From: Hyphomicrobiales bacterium
GTDB taxonomy: Bacteria; Pseudomonadota; Alphaproteobacteria; Rhizobiales; OSC116
Assembly (NCBI GenBank): GCA_051531935.1
Contig: JAOPTR010000022.1
Span: 1,963-65,962, forward strand
DNA: 64,000 bases
Direction of reading: 5' to 3'
Made by a program: the position numbers and the translations under genes. The notes below the pieces were generated by a model. It saw nothing but the letters and a program-made list of their open reading frames with translations, ran no database searches and was not told where the DNA came from. Position 1 is the stretch's first letter. The number at the start of each line of letters is the position of its first letter. Of the stretch, positions 39,119-49,097 are shown one piece after another.

Positions 39119-40417
39119 ATGATGAGCGAAGACGATAAAAAAACTCCAGAAGATGAAGCTGTAAAAAATCAAGTGATTGAAACTGTTGATGCGATTGAAG
39201 AGATCGAGGAAGACGTTGAAGCTGCTGTTGAAGAAAATATAGTTGAGCTAGATGAAAAGCTGGAAGATGTGAACCCAATTGTCGCAAAATCTGGCGCGGG
39301 ATTTGGCTCTTTGTTAGTGGCTGCGCTTTTGGGTGGTGTGGTAACCGTGGCGCTTATTGGTGGGCTTGGTTATTATGCCGTTAGCTCGAATAATTTGGGT
39401 GGCTTAGGCAATTTGTTAAATGGTGGTGACGCGGCTGCAGCAAATGAAGAACGCTATACAGACGTTTCGACACGTATATTATCGCTAGAAGGTGAGTTTG
39501 CGGAACTGCAAAATGTTGCGCCAGCGACGATCGATTTAGCGCCTATTTCTGATGAAATTACGGCTTTGGCCGATAAGCTTGCCACTGAAAGTGACCAAGT
39601 GACTGCAATTGGCGAACGCATTGGTAGCGTTGAACAATCCATTGCATTTGTTGCGCAAAAGGATGATGGCGGATTTGACAATACGATTATTATTGCGTTG
39701 CAAACTGAGCTTAATGACTTGAAAAAAGACATGCTAGCGAATAGTGGCAATGTTGTTTCTGGCAATAATGAAGAGCTAAGCGCGGCTGTTGAAGCGGTTC
39801 AGAGTAAAATGGCTGAATTAGAAACAGAGATTGCGGCCGTGAAAAGCATTGCTGAAACGGCATCGGCTGCTGGCACACAAATTAGCAATGGTGATGCTAG
39901 TAATATGGCATCGGCATTGGCTGTGGCGGCCTTAGAGCGCGCATTGCAAGATGAACAACCTTTTGAGGTTGAATTAAACGCCATTAAAGGTGTGGCTGGT
40001 GACAATGACGCCTTTGACAATGCGGCTTTGACCAAACTGGCTGAATATGCAGTGACAGGATTGGCCAGTGAAACTAGCCTAATGGGGCAGTTTGATGGTT
40101 TGTTAGAAGCGGCTTTGGTGGCTGACCTTAAAGGGGAAGGCACATCTGTATTGGACAAGTTTATTGGCAATGCAAAATCCATAATATCTATACGGAAAAC
40201 AGGTAATGTGGATGGCAACAGCGCGGAAGCTGTATTGGCGCGGATGGAAGTGGCTGTGCAGGCCAAAGATTTAGGCGCTGCGGTAGAAATTGGAAATGCA
40301 CTTGAAGGCCCCGCTAAAAAGGTGTTTGAAAATTGGCTGACATCGGCAACGAGCCGTTTGGCAGCAAAAGATTTAATGCGCCAAGTGAGCGCGGATATTT
40401 TAACATCATTGCAATAA
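39119..40417 (+). CDS. Alphaproteobacterial Mic60 (mitofilin)-like inner-membrane protein
   Basis: Acidic N-terminus, a single TM (GFGSLLVAALLGGVVTVALIGGLGYYAV), a long Ala/Glu-rich coiled-coil-like middle, and a C-terminal LARMEVAVQAKDLGAAV...L.GPAKKVFENWLTSATSRLAAKDLMRQV resembling the mitofilin C-terminal domain. Sits between hemD and the hemY-like gene, as reported for alphaproteobacterial Mic60 homologs. Confidence 0.7.
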   Translation: MMSEDDKKTPEDEAVKNQVIETVDAIEEIEEDVEAAVEENIVELDEKLEDVNPIVAKSGAGFGSLLVAALLGGVVTVALIGGLGYYAVSSNNLGGLGNLLNGGDAAAANEERYTDVSTRILSLEGEFAELQNVAPATIDLAPISDEITALADKLATESDQVTAIGERIGSVEQSIAFVAQKDDGGFDNTIIIALQTELNDLKKDMLANSGNVVSGNNEELSAAVEAVQSKMAELETEIAAVKSIAETASAAGTQISNGDASNMASALAVAALERALQDEQPFEVELNAIKGVAGDNDAFDNAALTKLAEYAVTGLASETSLMGQFDGLLEAALVADLKGEGTSVLDKFIGNAKSIISIRKTGNVDGNSAEAVLARMEVAVQAKDLGAAVEIGNALEGPAKKVFENWLTSATSRLAAKDLMRQVSADILTSLQ

Positions 40418-40440
40418 TGAGCAGCAAATTAGGATAAGTG

Positions 40441-42309
40441 ATGATTAGATTAATTGGATATTTTATTGCCTTTGCAGTGTTTGTAAGTGCGATTGTTTGG
40501 ATGAATAATAACCCTGGCTATGTTGAGTTTGACTGGTTTGGGTACCATATTAAAAGTTCTATTGGACTATTTTTTGCCGCGATTATTATACTTATTGTAT
40601 TGTGTATTATTGGCTGGCGTTTTGTGCGTGGCATTATGGGCGCACCAGATGCTTTTGGCGTGTTTTTTAGCAGTCGTCGCCGTAAAAAAGGTTATGAAGC
40701 TTTGTCTAAAGGCATTATTGCCGTTGGCAGCGGAGATGCAAAAACAGCACATAAATTTGCGCGCATTGCAGGTGAGAAACTTGATGATGAACCGCTTACC
40801 TTATTGTTAAAAGCCCAAACGGCTCAGCTTGAAGGCAACAAAGAGTTAGCTCATAAAGCCTTTGAAAAAATGACGGAGCAGCCAGCCACTAAAATGCTTG
40901 GTTTGCGTGGCTTATTTGTGGAGGCGCAGCGCCAAGAAAATGGTGCTGATGCTAAGTTAATTGCACTTGATGCGGTTGCACATGACAGCCAAAGCAAATG
41001 GGCTTTGAACGGATTGTTTGACTTGCAAACCACTGAAGGTGATTGGGGTGGTGCTTTAAACAGCCTATTGATGATTGGCCGTTTGAGCGGAACTGACGCG
41101 GTTGAAACCAGGCGCAAGCGTGCTGTATTGTTAACAGCAGAGGCGTTGAACTTACAAGATAATAATGCAGAACGTGCATTGGAACTAAGCCTTGAAGCCA
41201 AAGCTTTGGCACCTGAATTGGTGCCTGCAACTATATTGGCTGCCAAATTGTTGCTGGCTAAAGGCAGCATTAGAAAAGCCCATAAGCTTTTGGAAAAATG
41301 CTGGCGTTTGGCACCTCACCCTGAACTTGGTGCATTATTTGCTAAAGTTAAAGACGGTGAAAAAGACAAAGCTTGGCTAAAGCGTGTTCAGACTTTTGCC
41401 GAAAAAGCAGGGGCTGGCAATGCAAAAGCCCAAGCGCAAGGCGCAATTGAAGCTGCGGTGATGATTGCAAAAGTTGCAATTGAGCAGGGTGATTGGACAG
41501 CGGCACGCAAAGCACTAGAAAATATTGTGGTTGATGACCCAAGTGCACGTATTTGCACATTGATGGCGAAAATTGAGCAAGGCGAATTGGGCAGCAAAGG
41601 CCTTGTTGCCGAATGGTTAGCCCGCGCGCAACGTGCGCCGAGTGATTCTGTTTGGTTGGCTGATGGACATATTGCCGAAGTTTGGGCGCCTATATCTGCT
41701 GTGACAGGTGAGTTGGATGCTTATGAGTGGAAACTGCCAGATTATAATATGGCGCAAGTTGAAGCTGATATGGCGGCAAATATTTTACTTGAACATCATG
41801 AAAATGAGTTACAAGCGATTGAAGCGCAAGCTCAAACCATTGTTGAAGTGAAAGAACAGGCTAAAGCTGAAATTGCTAAATTGACTGATGAACGCAATGA
41901 TGATGAACCAGACGATGAAGGCTCCAGCGGCAATGGTGATGGCGGTGCAAGCCAACAAGTGATTGTGGTTGAAGACAAGCAAGCTAACGAAGAGCCTAAA
42001 AAAATTGAAGCCACGCCAGAAAGCGCAACAGCGATTGTGGCCGTTGAAAAAGTGGAAGAAGTTAGCGAAGATATTGTTGAAGAGAAAGCGATTGAATTGC
42101 AACCTGCTGATGCGAGCCCACAAAAATCTGGCGAAGAAAAATCGGGTGGGTTATTTGGCAAACGTCGTAAAGATGATGGAAAATCGGCAAGCCCTTATAG
42201 CAGCAAACCCATTACAAAAGATGATGAATTGCCCCGCCGCCCTGATGACCCAGGTTTGCCTAAAGAAGGCGCCAAAGGTTCTGGCAGCGAACGTTATTAT
42301 TCTAATTAA
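40441..42309 (+). CDS. HemY-like N-terminal-domain / TPR protein with an acidic low-complexity C-terminal extension
   Basis: N-terminus MIRLIGYFIAFAVFV...NPGYVEFDWFGYHIKSS plus a second TM, followed by TPR-like helices (HemY_N architecture). The last roughly 180 aa are E/D/K-rich low complexity. Confidence 0.75.
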   Translation: MIRLIGYFIAFAVFVSAIVWMNNNPGYVEFDWFGYHIKSSIGLFFAAIIILIVLCIIGWRFVRGIMGAPDAFGVFFSSRRRKKGYEALSKGIIAVGSGDAKTAHKFARIAGEKLDDEPLTLLLKAQTAQLEGNKELAHKAFEKMTEQPATKMLGLRGLFVEAQRQENGADAKLIALDAVAHDSQSKWALNGLFDLQTTEGDWGGALNSLLMIGRLSGTDAVETRRKRAVLLTAEALNLQDNNAERALELSLEAKALAPELVPATILAAKLLLAKGSIRKAHKLLEKCWRLAPHPELGALFAKVKDGEKDKAWLKRVQTFAEKAGAGNAKAQAQGAIEAAVMIAKVAIEQGDWTAARKALENIVVDDPSARICTLMAKIEQGELGSKGLVAEWLARAQRAPSDSVWLADGHIAEVWAPISAVTGELDAYEWKLPDYNMAQVEADMAANILLEHHENELQAIEAQAQTIVEVKEQAKAEIAKLTDERNDDEPDDEGSSGNGDGGASQQVIVVEDKQANEEPKKIEATPESATAIVAVEKVEEVSEDIVEEKAIELQPADASPQKSGEEKSGGLFGKRRKDDGKSASPYSSKPITKDDELPRRPDDPGLPKEGAKGSGSERYYSN

Positions 42310-42318
42310 TATTAAGAA

Positions 42319-42786
42319 GTGAGTGAAGTTATGTGGAGTAAAATTAAATCTTTTACCGATAAATTAATGGGCCAAAAACTGAGCGGTGCAGACTTGGAAG
42401 ATGATGATTTTCAATTGTCAGCCGTAGCATTAATGGTTCATGCCGCCCGTATTGACGGCTTTTATAGCGCTGAAGAAGCCAGAGTGATGCATGGGCAAAT
42501 TCAGAAGCATTTTAACATTAGCGAAGCAGAAGCGGCTATTTTGATTAAAGACGCTGACAGTGCTGAACGTGAAGCGATTGACCTGTATAAATTCACCAGT
42601 AAATTAAATGATGAGTTGGACAATGATGGCCGCAAAGAAATTGTGCGTCTATTGTGGAAGATTGTTCTGGCTGACAATGAAATTACGCCTTTTGAAGATA
42701 ATTTGGTGTGGCGTGTTTCGGAACTGCTTGGTGTTACGACCAATGACAGAATTGCCATGCGTGAACAGGTGAAATCTAGCTTATAA
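42319..42786 (+). CDS. TerB-family (tellurite-resistance-like) protein
   Basis: AVALMVHAARIDGFYSAEEARVM...I.LLWKIVLADNEITPFEDNLVWRVSELLGV resembles two TerB-like helical repeats. Start is GTG 42319 or ATG 42331. Confidence 0.7.
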   Translation: MSEVMWSKIKSFTDKLMGQKLSGADLEDDDFQLSAVALMVHAARIDGFYSAEEARVMHGQIQKHFNISEAEAAILIKDADSAEREAIDLYKFTSKLNDELDNDGRKEIVRLLWKIVLADNEITPFEDNLVWRVSELLGVTTNDRIAMREQVKSSL

Positions 42787-42804
42787 TTGGATAATGGATA
42801 TATT

Positions 42805-43593
42805 ATGAAAAAACCAGTGGCAGTGATTACAGGCGCATCGGGCGGTATTGGCGAGCATTTGGCTTATCAATTTGCGACCATGGGTGAAGATTTACTATTG
42901 GTGGCGCGCTCGGGTGATAAATTGGCAGAGATTGCCGCTAAAATTACCCAAAAAAATACAGTTAAGGTTATGATTTTGGCCTTGGACCTAAGCCTGGCCG
43001 ACGCTGCTGAAACATTGGTGACATATCTAGATGAAAACAAGCTTTGTGTGAAGCATATGGTCAATAATGCTGGGTTTGGTTTGAATGGGTCTATGGCCGA
43101 TTTGGATTTAGCCGCGCAAATCAATATGGTTGATTTGAACGTGCGGTTATTGACTGATTTGTCGATACGGTTTTTACCTGAAATTGAAGCTAATGGTGGT
43201 GGCGTATTGAATGTAGCCTCGACCATTGCCTTTTTGCCTAGCCCTTATATGGGTGTTTATGGGGCATCTAAGGCTTATGTTTTGTCGTTTACTGAAAGTT
43301 TGGCCGAAGAGAATAAGACTAAGAATATAAAAATTAGCGCGATTTGCCCAGGCACAACGGAAACAGGTTTTGGCGAGCGAGCGCATTTAGACCGTTCTAT
43401 TTTATTTGACTATTCGCCATTAATGAGCCCAGAAGTGGTGGCCAAAATTGGTTTTCAGGGATATATGCGCGGCCAAGTGATTGTGATTACTGGCAATACA
43501 AATAAGGTTTTGCCATTTATGTTGCGCTTAACACCAAGATGGTTGGTACGGTTGATTGCGAGTAAATTACTTTCTACTGACGCTAAAAAATAA
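42805..43593 (+). CDS. Short-chain dehydrogenase/reductase (SDR)
   Basis: TGASGGIG cofactor motif, NNAG, and catalytic YGASKAY. ATG at 42805. Confidence 0.85.
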   Translation: MKKPVAVITGASGGIGEHLAYQFATMGEDLLLVARSGDKLAEIAAKITQKNTVKVMILALDLSLADAAETLVTYLDENKLCVKHMVNNAGFGLNGSMADLDLAAQINMVDLNVRLLTDLSIRFLPEIEANGGGVLNVASTIAFLPSPYMGVYGASKAYVLSFTESLAEENKTKNIKISAICPGTTETGFGERAHLDRSILFDYSPLMSPEVVAKIGFQGYMRGQVIVITGNTNKVLPFMLRLTPRWLVRLIASKLLSTDAKK

Positions 43594-43620
43594 CTTTTTT
43601 ATATCTGTATTTTGGAAGCA

Positions 43621-43645
43621 ACAAGCCTAACTGAGTTAGGCTTGT
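43621..43645. terminator. Strong hairpin between convergent SDR and maeB genes (terminator-like, no clean T run)
   Basis: acaagcctaac-tga-gttaggcttgt, an 11-bp perfect stem. Confidence 0.5.
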
Positions 43646-43665
43646 GCAATATTGTTATGCGTGTA

Positions 43666-45936
43666 TTAGTTATCTAAAATCTGTGCATCAACCACGCTGA
43701 GTGCGGTTAGGTTCATCAACCCTCTAGAGGTTGTAGTGTCGGTTACGATGTGCACTGGCTGCTTCATTCCCAAAAGAATTGGCCCAACGCTGAGGCCGTT
43801 GCCGACTGCTTTAAGCAAGTTAAAGCTAGCATTTGCGCTGTCCAAATTAGGGAACATAAGCAAGTTTGCACGGCCTTCTAGGCGTGAATTGGGGAATAAT
43901 GCGTGACGAATTTCGGGGTCAATGGCGGCATCGGCGTGCATTTCGCCATCAACCTCTAAATCGGGTGCGATTTCATTGAGAATTTCGACAGCTCTGCGCA
44001 TTTTTAGCGCGGATTTTGTTGGGGCATTACCAAAATTACTATGGCTAATCATCGCCACTTTTGGCGTGATGCCAAAGCGTTGTAGCTCTTCTGCCGCCAT
44101 TAAAGTGGTTTCGACAATCTCATCGACCGTTGGGATGGGCGTTACATAGGTATCGCTGAAGAAGAGCGCACCACCATCTAAAACCAAGCCCGACATGGCA
44201 GAAACATCACCAACTTCTTTGCGTTTGCCAATGATGTTTAGCACATATTTTAAATGCCAAAAATATTGACCATATGAACCACAAATCATGGCATCGACCT
44301 CGCCACGTTTTAACATGATGGAGGCAATTGCGGTTGTATTGGTGCGGATGATGGTTTGCGCCTCGGCAGGTGTGACGCCATCACGCTCCATAAGGCTATG
44401 AAACTCTGCCCAATAATCGGAATAGCGGGCATCGTTTTCGGGATTACAAATTTCGAAGTCTTTATGGGGGCGAATGTGCAAACCCAGTTGCTCGCAACGG
44501 TTTTCGATAACCTCGGGGCGGCCAACGAGTACAGGAATGGCGATGCCCTCATCAATTACCGTTTGTACTGTGCGCAGGACGCGGCGGTCTTCACCTTCGG
44601 CATAAACCACGCGTTTTGGGTTGGTTTTAGCGCGGTCAATCACCGGCTTCATTAACATTTTTGAGCGGTAAACAAAGGCTTCTAGTTCGTTGCGATAGGC
44701 TGCAAAATCTTCTATTGGACGGGTGGCGACACCGCTATCCATTGCGGCTTTGGCAACAGCAGGGGCGATCTCTACCAGCAAACGCTGATCGAATGGTTTC
44801 GGGATGACATAATCTCGCCCGAAGGTGAGTTTTTCGCCACGGTAGGCGTTGGCGACCACTTCGGAAGCTTCGGCCATGGCAAGATCGGCAATGGCGACCA
44901 CGCAAGCGCGTTTCATTTCTTCGTTAATTGTGGTGGCGCCTACATCTAACGCGCCTCTGAAAATAAACGGGAAACAAAGTACATTATTAACTTGGTTAGC
45001 ACTATCGCTACGGCCAGTGGCGATGATGGCATCTGGCCGTGCGGCACGAGCTACATCGGGCATGATTTCTGGATTTGGGTTAGCGAGCGCAAGAATAAGC
45101 GGATCGCGTGCCATGGGTTTAATAAGCTCTGCATTGAGTAGATTTGGTGCAGAAAGACCAAGGAAAATATCGGCAGCGACCAAAGCGTCTTTAAGCTCGA
45201 TTTTTTTGGCTTGTGCAAAATCCATTTTTTGGGCTGATGCGTCTTTATGGCCTTTAAAAATGGGGCCAGTATGATCGAATAGATAGATATTTTCGCGTTT
45301 TGCGCCCAGTGTAAGCAGGAGGTTTAGGCATGCAATACCTGCTGCACCGCCGCCTGTTGAAATGATTTTTACATCTTCAATTTTTTTATCGACCAGACGT
45401 AATGCGTTGAAAATAGCAGCGCCCGCTACAATGGCGGTGCCATGTTGATCATCATGAAAAACAGGAATGTTCATGCGTTTGCGCAAATCATTCTCGACGA
45501 TAAAGCATTCTGGTGCCTTGATGTCTTCTAGATTAATGGCGCCAAAAGTTGGCTCTAACGCTGCAATGGCATCGGCTAGTTTTTTAGGATCTTTTTCGTT
45601 TAATTCGATGTCGAAAACATCAATGTCGGCGAATTTTTTGAAAAGAACGGCTTTGCCTTCCATCACAGGTTTGGAAGCGAGTGGCCCAATATCACCCAAG
45701 CCCAAAACGGCTGTACCATTGGTAACAACGCCCACTAAATTACCGCGAATTGTATAATCACGTGCGGTTTGAGGGTCTCTTACGATTTCGAGACAGGCCT
45801 CGGCAACACCAGGTGAATAAGCGAGCGAAAGATCGCGTGCATTGCCCAACGGTTTGGTGGGGGTGATGGTCATTTTACCCGGTCTTGGGAATTTGTGATA
45901 TTTTAGTGCCCGTTCTTTCAAACTATCGTCTGCCAT
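43666..45936 (-). CDS. maeB: NADP-dependent malic enzyme (malic enzyme plus phosphotransacetylase-like domain)
   Basis: 756 aa. [30 protein letters not shown], and a C-terminal PTA-like half (..GPILLGM..PVHI). Confidence 0.95.
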   Translation of the reverse strand: MADDSLKERALKYHKFPRPGKMTITPTKPLGNARDLSLAYSPGVAEACLEIVRDPQTARDYTIRGNLVGVVTNGTAVLGLGDIGPLASKPVMEGKAVLFKKFADIDVFDIELNEKDPKKLADAIAALEPTFGAINLEDIKAPECFIVENDLRKRMNIPVFHDDQHGTAIVAGAAIFNALRLVDKKIEDVKIISTGGGAAGIACLNLLLTLGAKRENIYLFDHTGPIFKGHKDASAQKMDFAQAKKIELKDALVAADIFLGLSAPNLLNAELIKPMARDPLILALANPNPEIMPDVARAARPDAIIATGRSDSANQVNNVLCFPFIFRGALDVGATTINEEMKRACVVAIADLAMAEASEVVANAYRGEKLTFGRDYVIPKPFDQRLLVEIAPAVAKAAMDSGVATRPIEDFAAYRNELEAFVYRSKMLMKPVIDRAKTNPKRVVYAEGEDRRVLRTVQTVIDEGIAIPVLVGRPEVIENRCEQLGLHIRPHKDFEICNPENDARYSDYWAEFHSLMERDGVTPAEAQTIIRTNTTAIASIMLKRGEVDAMICGSYGQYFWHLKYVLNIIGKRKEVGDVSAMSGLVLDGGALFFSDTYVTPIPTVDEIVETTLMAAEELQRFGITPKVAMISHSNFGNAPTKSALKMRRAVEILNEIAPDLEVDGEMHADAAIDPEIRHALFPNSRLEGRANLLMFPNLDSANASFNLLKAVGNGLSVGPILLGMKQPVHIVTDTTTSRGLMNLTALSVVDAQILDN

Positions 45937-46148
45937 GTAGCTGCCCTTGCTAGTGATTCGTTATTTTGTTTAGACTAAATGACAGAGTGAGCGCGGTAAA
46001 GCGCTATTTGGAAGAACCAATATAGGTCTAATATGGATATATTGGCGCTTGAGTATTAACCAAGCCACGCAAAAATTGGGGTGCTGCTATTGCTTTGGTA
46101 AATAAATTGCTTATATCTACAGCATAGTCAATTATTTAAGGTTACAAA

Positions 46149-46442
46149 ATGTTTGCGATTCTTTCTCTTATTAGCTCGATTATCAGTATTTTATTATTCA
46201 TCCTGATTGCGAGCGCCATTATGAGCTGGCTCATTGCTTTTGGCATTATTAATATGAATAACCAATTTGTAGCCACAGTATATTCTAGCTTGCAACGTTT
46301 AACTGAGCCTTTGTTACGCCCGATTAGACGCTTTGTACCACCAATGGGTGGTTTGGATATTTCGTTTATTATATTGATTTTGGCACTTTATTTTATTGAT
46401 AATATTGTGAAAGTTGATCTGCCACGTTATTTGGGCATGTGA
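46149..46442 (+). CDS. YggT family membrane protein
   Basis: 97 aa with two TM segments. LTEPLLRPIRRFVPPMGGLDISFIILIL is the YggT signature region. Confidence 0.8.
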   Translation: MFAILSLISSIISILLFILIASAIMSWLIAFGIINMNNQFVATVYSSLQRLTEPLLRPIRRFVPPMGGLDISFIILILALYFIDNIVKVDLPRYLGM

Positions 46443-46475
46443 TAAACACCCATTGGATAGATTTTGAATTTTAAA

Positions 46476-46505
46476 AGGCTTGCCATTTGGGCAGGCCTTT
46501 TTTTG
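46476..46505 (+). terminator. Rho-independent terminator after yggT
   Basis: aggcttgcc-atttg-ggcaggcct (one G-U pair) followed by a T8 run. Confidence 0.8.
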
Positions 46506-46602
46506 GTTTTGAGCGCTAGGGTCTGGAAAATTAAATTGATTTAGCCTGTAAAGGGGCTATAAAGGCGGCATATTTATACTTTTGGGCAAGGGAAATATCG
46601 CC

Positions 46603-47508
46603 ATGACAGACCAAACTTCACAAATTGCAGAACGTATTGATGGCCGCGCTGTGGCGCAGAGCTTGCGCGATAATCTGGCCAAAGGTGTGGCTAAAATTCA
46701 GGCTGAACATGGCATTACGCCTGCTTTGGCAGTGGTTTTGGTGGGTGAAGACCCTGCATCTGAAGTTTATGTGCGCATGAAAGGCAAGCAAACCAAAGAA
46801 ATTGGTATGATTTCGATTGAACATAAGCTGCCTGCTGATACGCCTGAGCAAGATGTTTTGGACTTGGTGCAACGTTTAAATGAAGATGCGAGCATTCATG
46901 GAATATTGGTTCAATTTCCTGTGCCTGAACATATTAGCCAACAAAAGATTATTGAACTTATTTCGCCTGCCAAAGACGTTGATGGTTTGCACCCGATTAA
47001 TGCGGGTAAACTGGCGGCAGGTGTTGAAGGCTTGGTATCATGCACGCCATTGGGTTGTGTGATGTTGGCCAAACAGACATTGGGTGATTTATCGGGCTTA
47101 AATGCCGTGGTGATTGGACGCTCTAACTTGGTTGGCAAGCCTGTTGCGCAATTATTGCTAAAGGAAAATGCAACGGTGACGATTTGTCATTCGCGCAGCC
47201 GTGATATTGAACAAATTTGTGCCAATGCTGATTTGCTGATTGCAGCAGTTGGGCGCCCTAACATGGTCAAAGGCAATTGGATTAAAAAGGGCGCTTGTGT
47301 GATTGATGTGGGTATTAACCGCGTGGTACAAGGCGAAGGTAAAAAAGACAAATTAATTGGTGATGTTGATGCCGCAGAAGCGCAACTTGTGGCAGGCAGT
47401 TTAACGCCAGTACCTGGTGGCGTTGGCCCGATGACCATTGCGTGTTTATTGCACAATACATTGCAAGCTTGTTGCGCACAGAATGACATTGAGATGGTTG
47501 AGGTTTAG
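46603..47508 (+). CDS. folD: Bifunctional methylenetetrahydrofolate dehydrogenase / methenyl-THF cyclohydrolase
   Basis: [60 protein letters not shown]. Confidence 0.95.
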   Translation: MTDQTSQIAERIDGRAVAQSLRDNLAKGVAKIQAEHGITPALAVVLVGEDPASEVYVRMKGKQTKEIGMISIEHKLPADTPEQDVLDLVQRLNEDASIHGILVQFPVPEHISQQKIIELISPAKDVDGLHPINAGKLAAGVEGLVSCTPLGCVMLAKQTLGDLSGLNAVVIGRSNLVGKPVAQLLLKENATVTICHSRSRDIEQICANADLLIAAVGRPNMVKGNWIKKGACVIDVGINRVVQGEGKKDKLIGDVDAAEAQLVAGSLTPVPGGVGPMTIACLLHNTLQACCAQNDIEMVEV

Positions 47509-47545
47509 TCGCTTAAACTACCTGTAGATTTTACTATTTATGCAT

Positions 47546-47576
47546 AAAAAAACCCGCAACGAGAGCTGCGGGTTTT
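47546..47576. terminator. Bidirectional terminator between folD (+) and ppa (-)
   Basis: An A7 run, the stem acccgca...tgcgggt, then T4. On the minus strand the hairpin is followed by T7. Confidence 0.75.
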
Positions 47577-47595
47577 AATTTGGAATTTGTGCGTA

Positions 47596-48114
47596 TTATG
47601 CGCGGTCAAAACCTTCGGTGATTTTTTGTTTGGCGGTTTCGGCGCCTTCAAAACCAACCACTTTAACCCATTTACCAGGTTCAAGGTCTTTATAACGTTC
47701 GAAGAAATGTTGAATTTTATCGACTGTTAGTTTTGGTAGATCATCAAGTGAATTGACATCTGTATATTCTGTTGTGACTTTATCATGTGGCACAGCGATG
47801 ATTTTTTCGTCGCCACCGCTTTCATCTTCCATCAAAAACACACCGATTGGACGGGCGCGGATGACGCTGCCTGGTACGACAGGTTGCGGTGAAACCACCA
47901 ATACATCTACAGGATCGCCATCATCTGAAAGCGTTGCTGGAATGTAGCCATAGTTACAAGGGTAGTACATAGGAGTGAATAGAAAACGATCTACAAAAAC
48001 AGCGCCAGATGCTTTATCGACTTCATATTTAATTGAACTTCCTTGCGGAATTTCGATGATGACATTGATATCGTTAGGCACATCTTTGCCTGCTGGAATT
48101 TTACTTTCGTCCAT
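47596..48114 (-). CDS. ppa: Inorganic pyrophosphatase
   Basis: [30 protein letters not shown] and DEKIIAV are family I PPase motifs. Confidence 0.95.
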   Translation of the reverse strand: MDESKIPAGKDVPNDINVIIEIPQGSSIKYEVDKASGAVFVDRFLFTPMYYPCNYGYIPATLSDDGDPVDVLVVSPQPVVPGSVIRARPIGVFLMEDESGGDEKIIAVPHDKVTTEYTDVNSLDDLPKLTVDKIQHFFERYKDLEPGKWVKVVGFEGAETAKQKITEGFDRA

Positions 48115-48151
48115 ATTCTTACTCTTTTGTTGGTTTCATGGATTGTGGGAA

Positions 48152-48859
48152 TTAGCTATCGACTGGCTCGGCTGGTTTTTCAGCTTCTGCGGGCGTATCA
48201 TCTGACAAAGCATTAGCAAGGGCATCTACAGTTTCGCTTTTAGGTGCAGGTTTGCGCTTTGGCCGCGTTACGCGTTTGCGCTTTGGTTTTTCTTCGGCTT
48301 TTGCAGCCTCGACTTGTTCCAAATCTGGTTGTTGATCTGAAGTTTCGTTATTGTCTAAAATGCTCACGGGCGCGTTTTCATTTTGCTCGGCAGCAGGTGC
48401 TTCGGCTTGTTGTTCGGCATTTTCGGCAGCTTGAGCGGCTTGCTGTTCGCGCTCGGCGGTTTGTTGATCGCGGCGTTCTTGCTGTGCTGCTTGTTGGGCA
48501 TCAACTTTGGCTTGCTGAGCGGCTTTTTGCTCGGCTTGTTGCTCTTGGGCAATGCTTACAATGCGTTTGTAATGCTCGGCATGTTGGAAATAATTTTCGG
48601 CCATAATGCGGCTGCCTGCTGATATTGCATCATTAGCAAGCGACGTGTATTTATCGGCAATGGTTTGTGCGTTACCACGAATTTTTACATCTGGCCCATT
48701 GCTGTCGAAATTGCGGGTCAGCATGTTTTGTGGTTTGCCGCCATTATGGTTGTGATTATTATTATTGTTACGGCGATTATTATTATTATTGTTATTGCGG
48801 CCACGACGGTTATTTTGCTGGCCTTGTCTCGTACGATTGTTTTCGTTAGGGGATCTCAC
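48152..48859 (-). CDS. DUF4167-domain protein with a poly-Asn tract and a Gln/Ala/Glu-rich middle
   Basis: RNFDSNGPDVKIRGNAQTIADKYTSLANDA...RIMAENYFQHAEHYKRI matches the DUF4167 core. Lies adjacent to prmC/prfA. GTG start at 48859. Confidence 0.7.
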   Translation of the reverse strand: MRSPNENNRTRQGQQNNRRGRNNNNNNNRRNNNNNHNHNGGKPQNMLTRNFDSNGPDVKIRGNAQTIADKYTSLANDAISAGSRIMAENYFQHAEHYKRIVSIAQEQQAEQKAAQQAKVDAQQAAQQERRDQQTAEREQQAAQAAENAEQQAEAPAAEQNENAPVSILDNNETSDQQPDLEQVEAAKAEEKPKRKRVTRPKRKPAPKSETVDALANALSDDTPAEAEKPAEPVDS

Positions 48860-49097
48860 TTAGGATCTCACTCTTTAATTTAGATTTGAAGTTTTTCTAA
48901 TCAAGATATTCTCAATGATTAGCCATATACATTTACTGGTCAAAGTTTCAGCATGTTAGGGGAAAATAATGCGTTGTGCATTTCTATTTCTAATAAAACT
49001 GTATAATGAATTTTGATCTATTCCAACCGTTTATTGTAAAAAAACCGCAAATATGATTAAAAAATAGACTATTTATCCCCAAAACTAACAATAAGCC

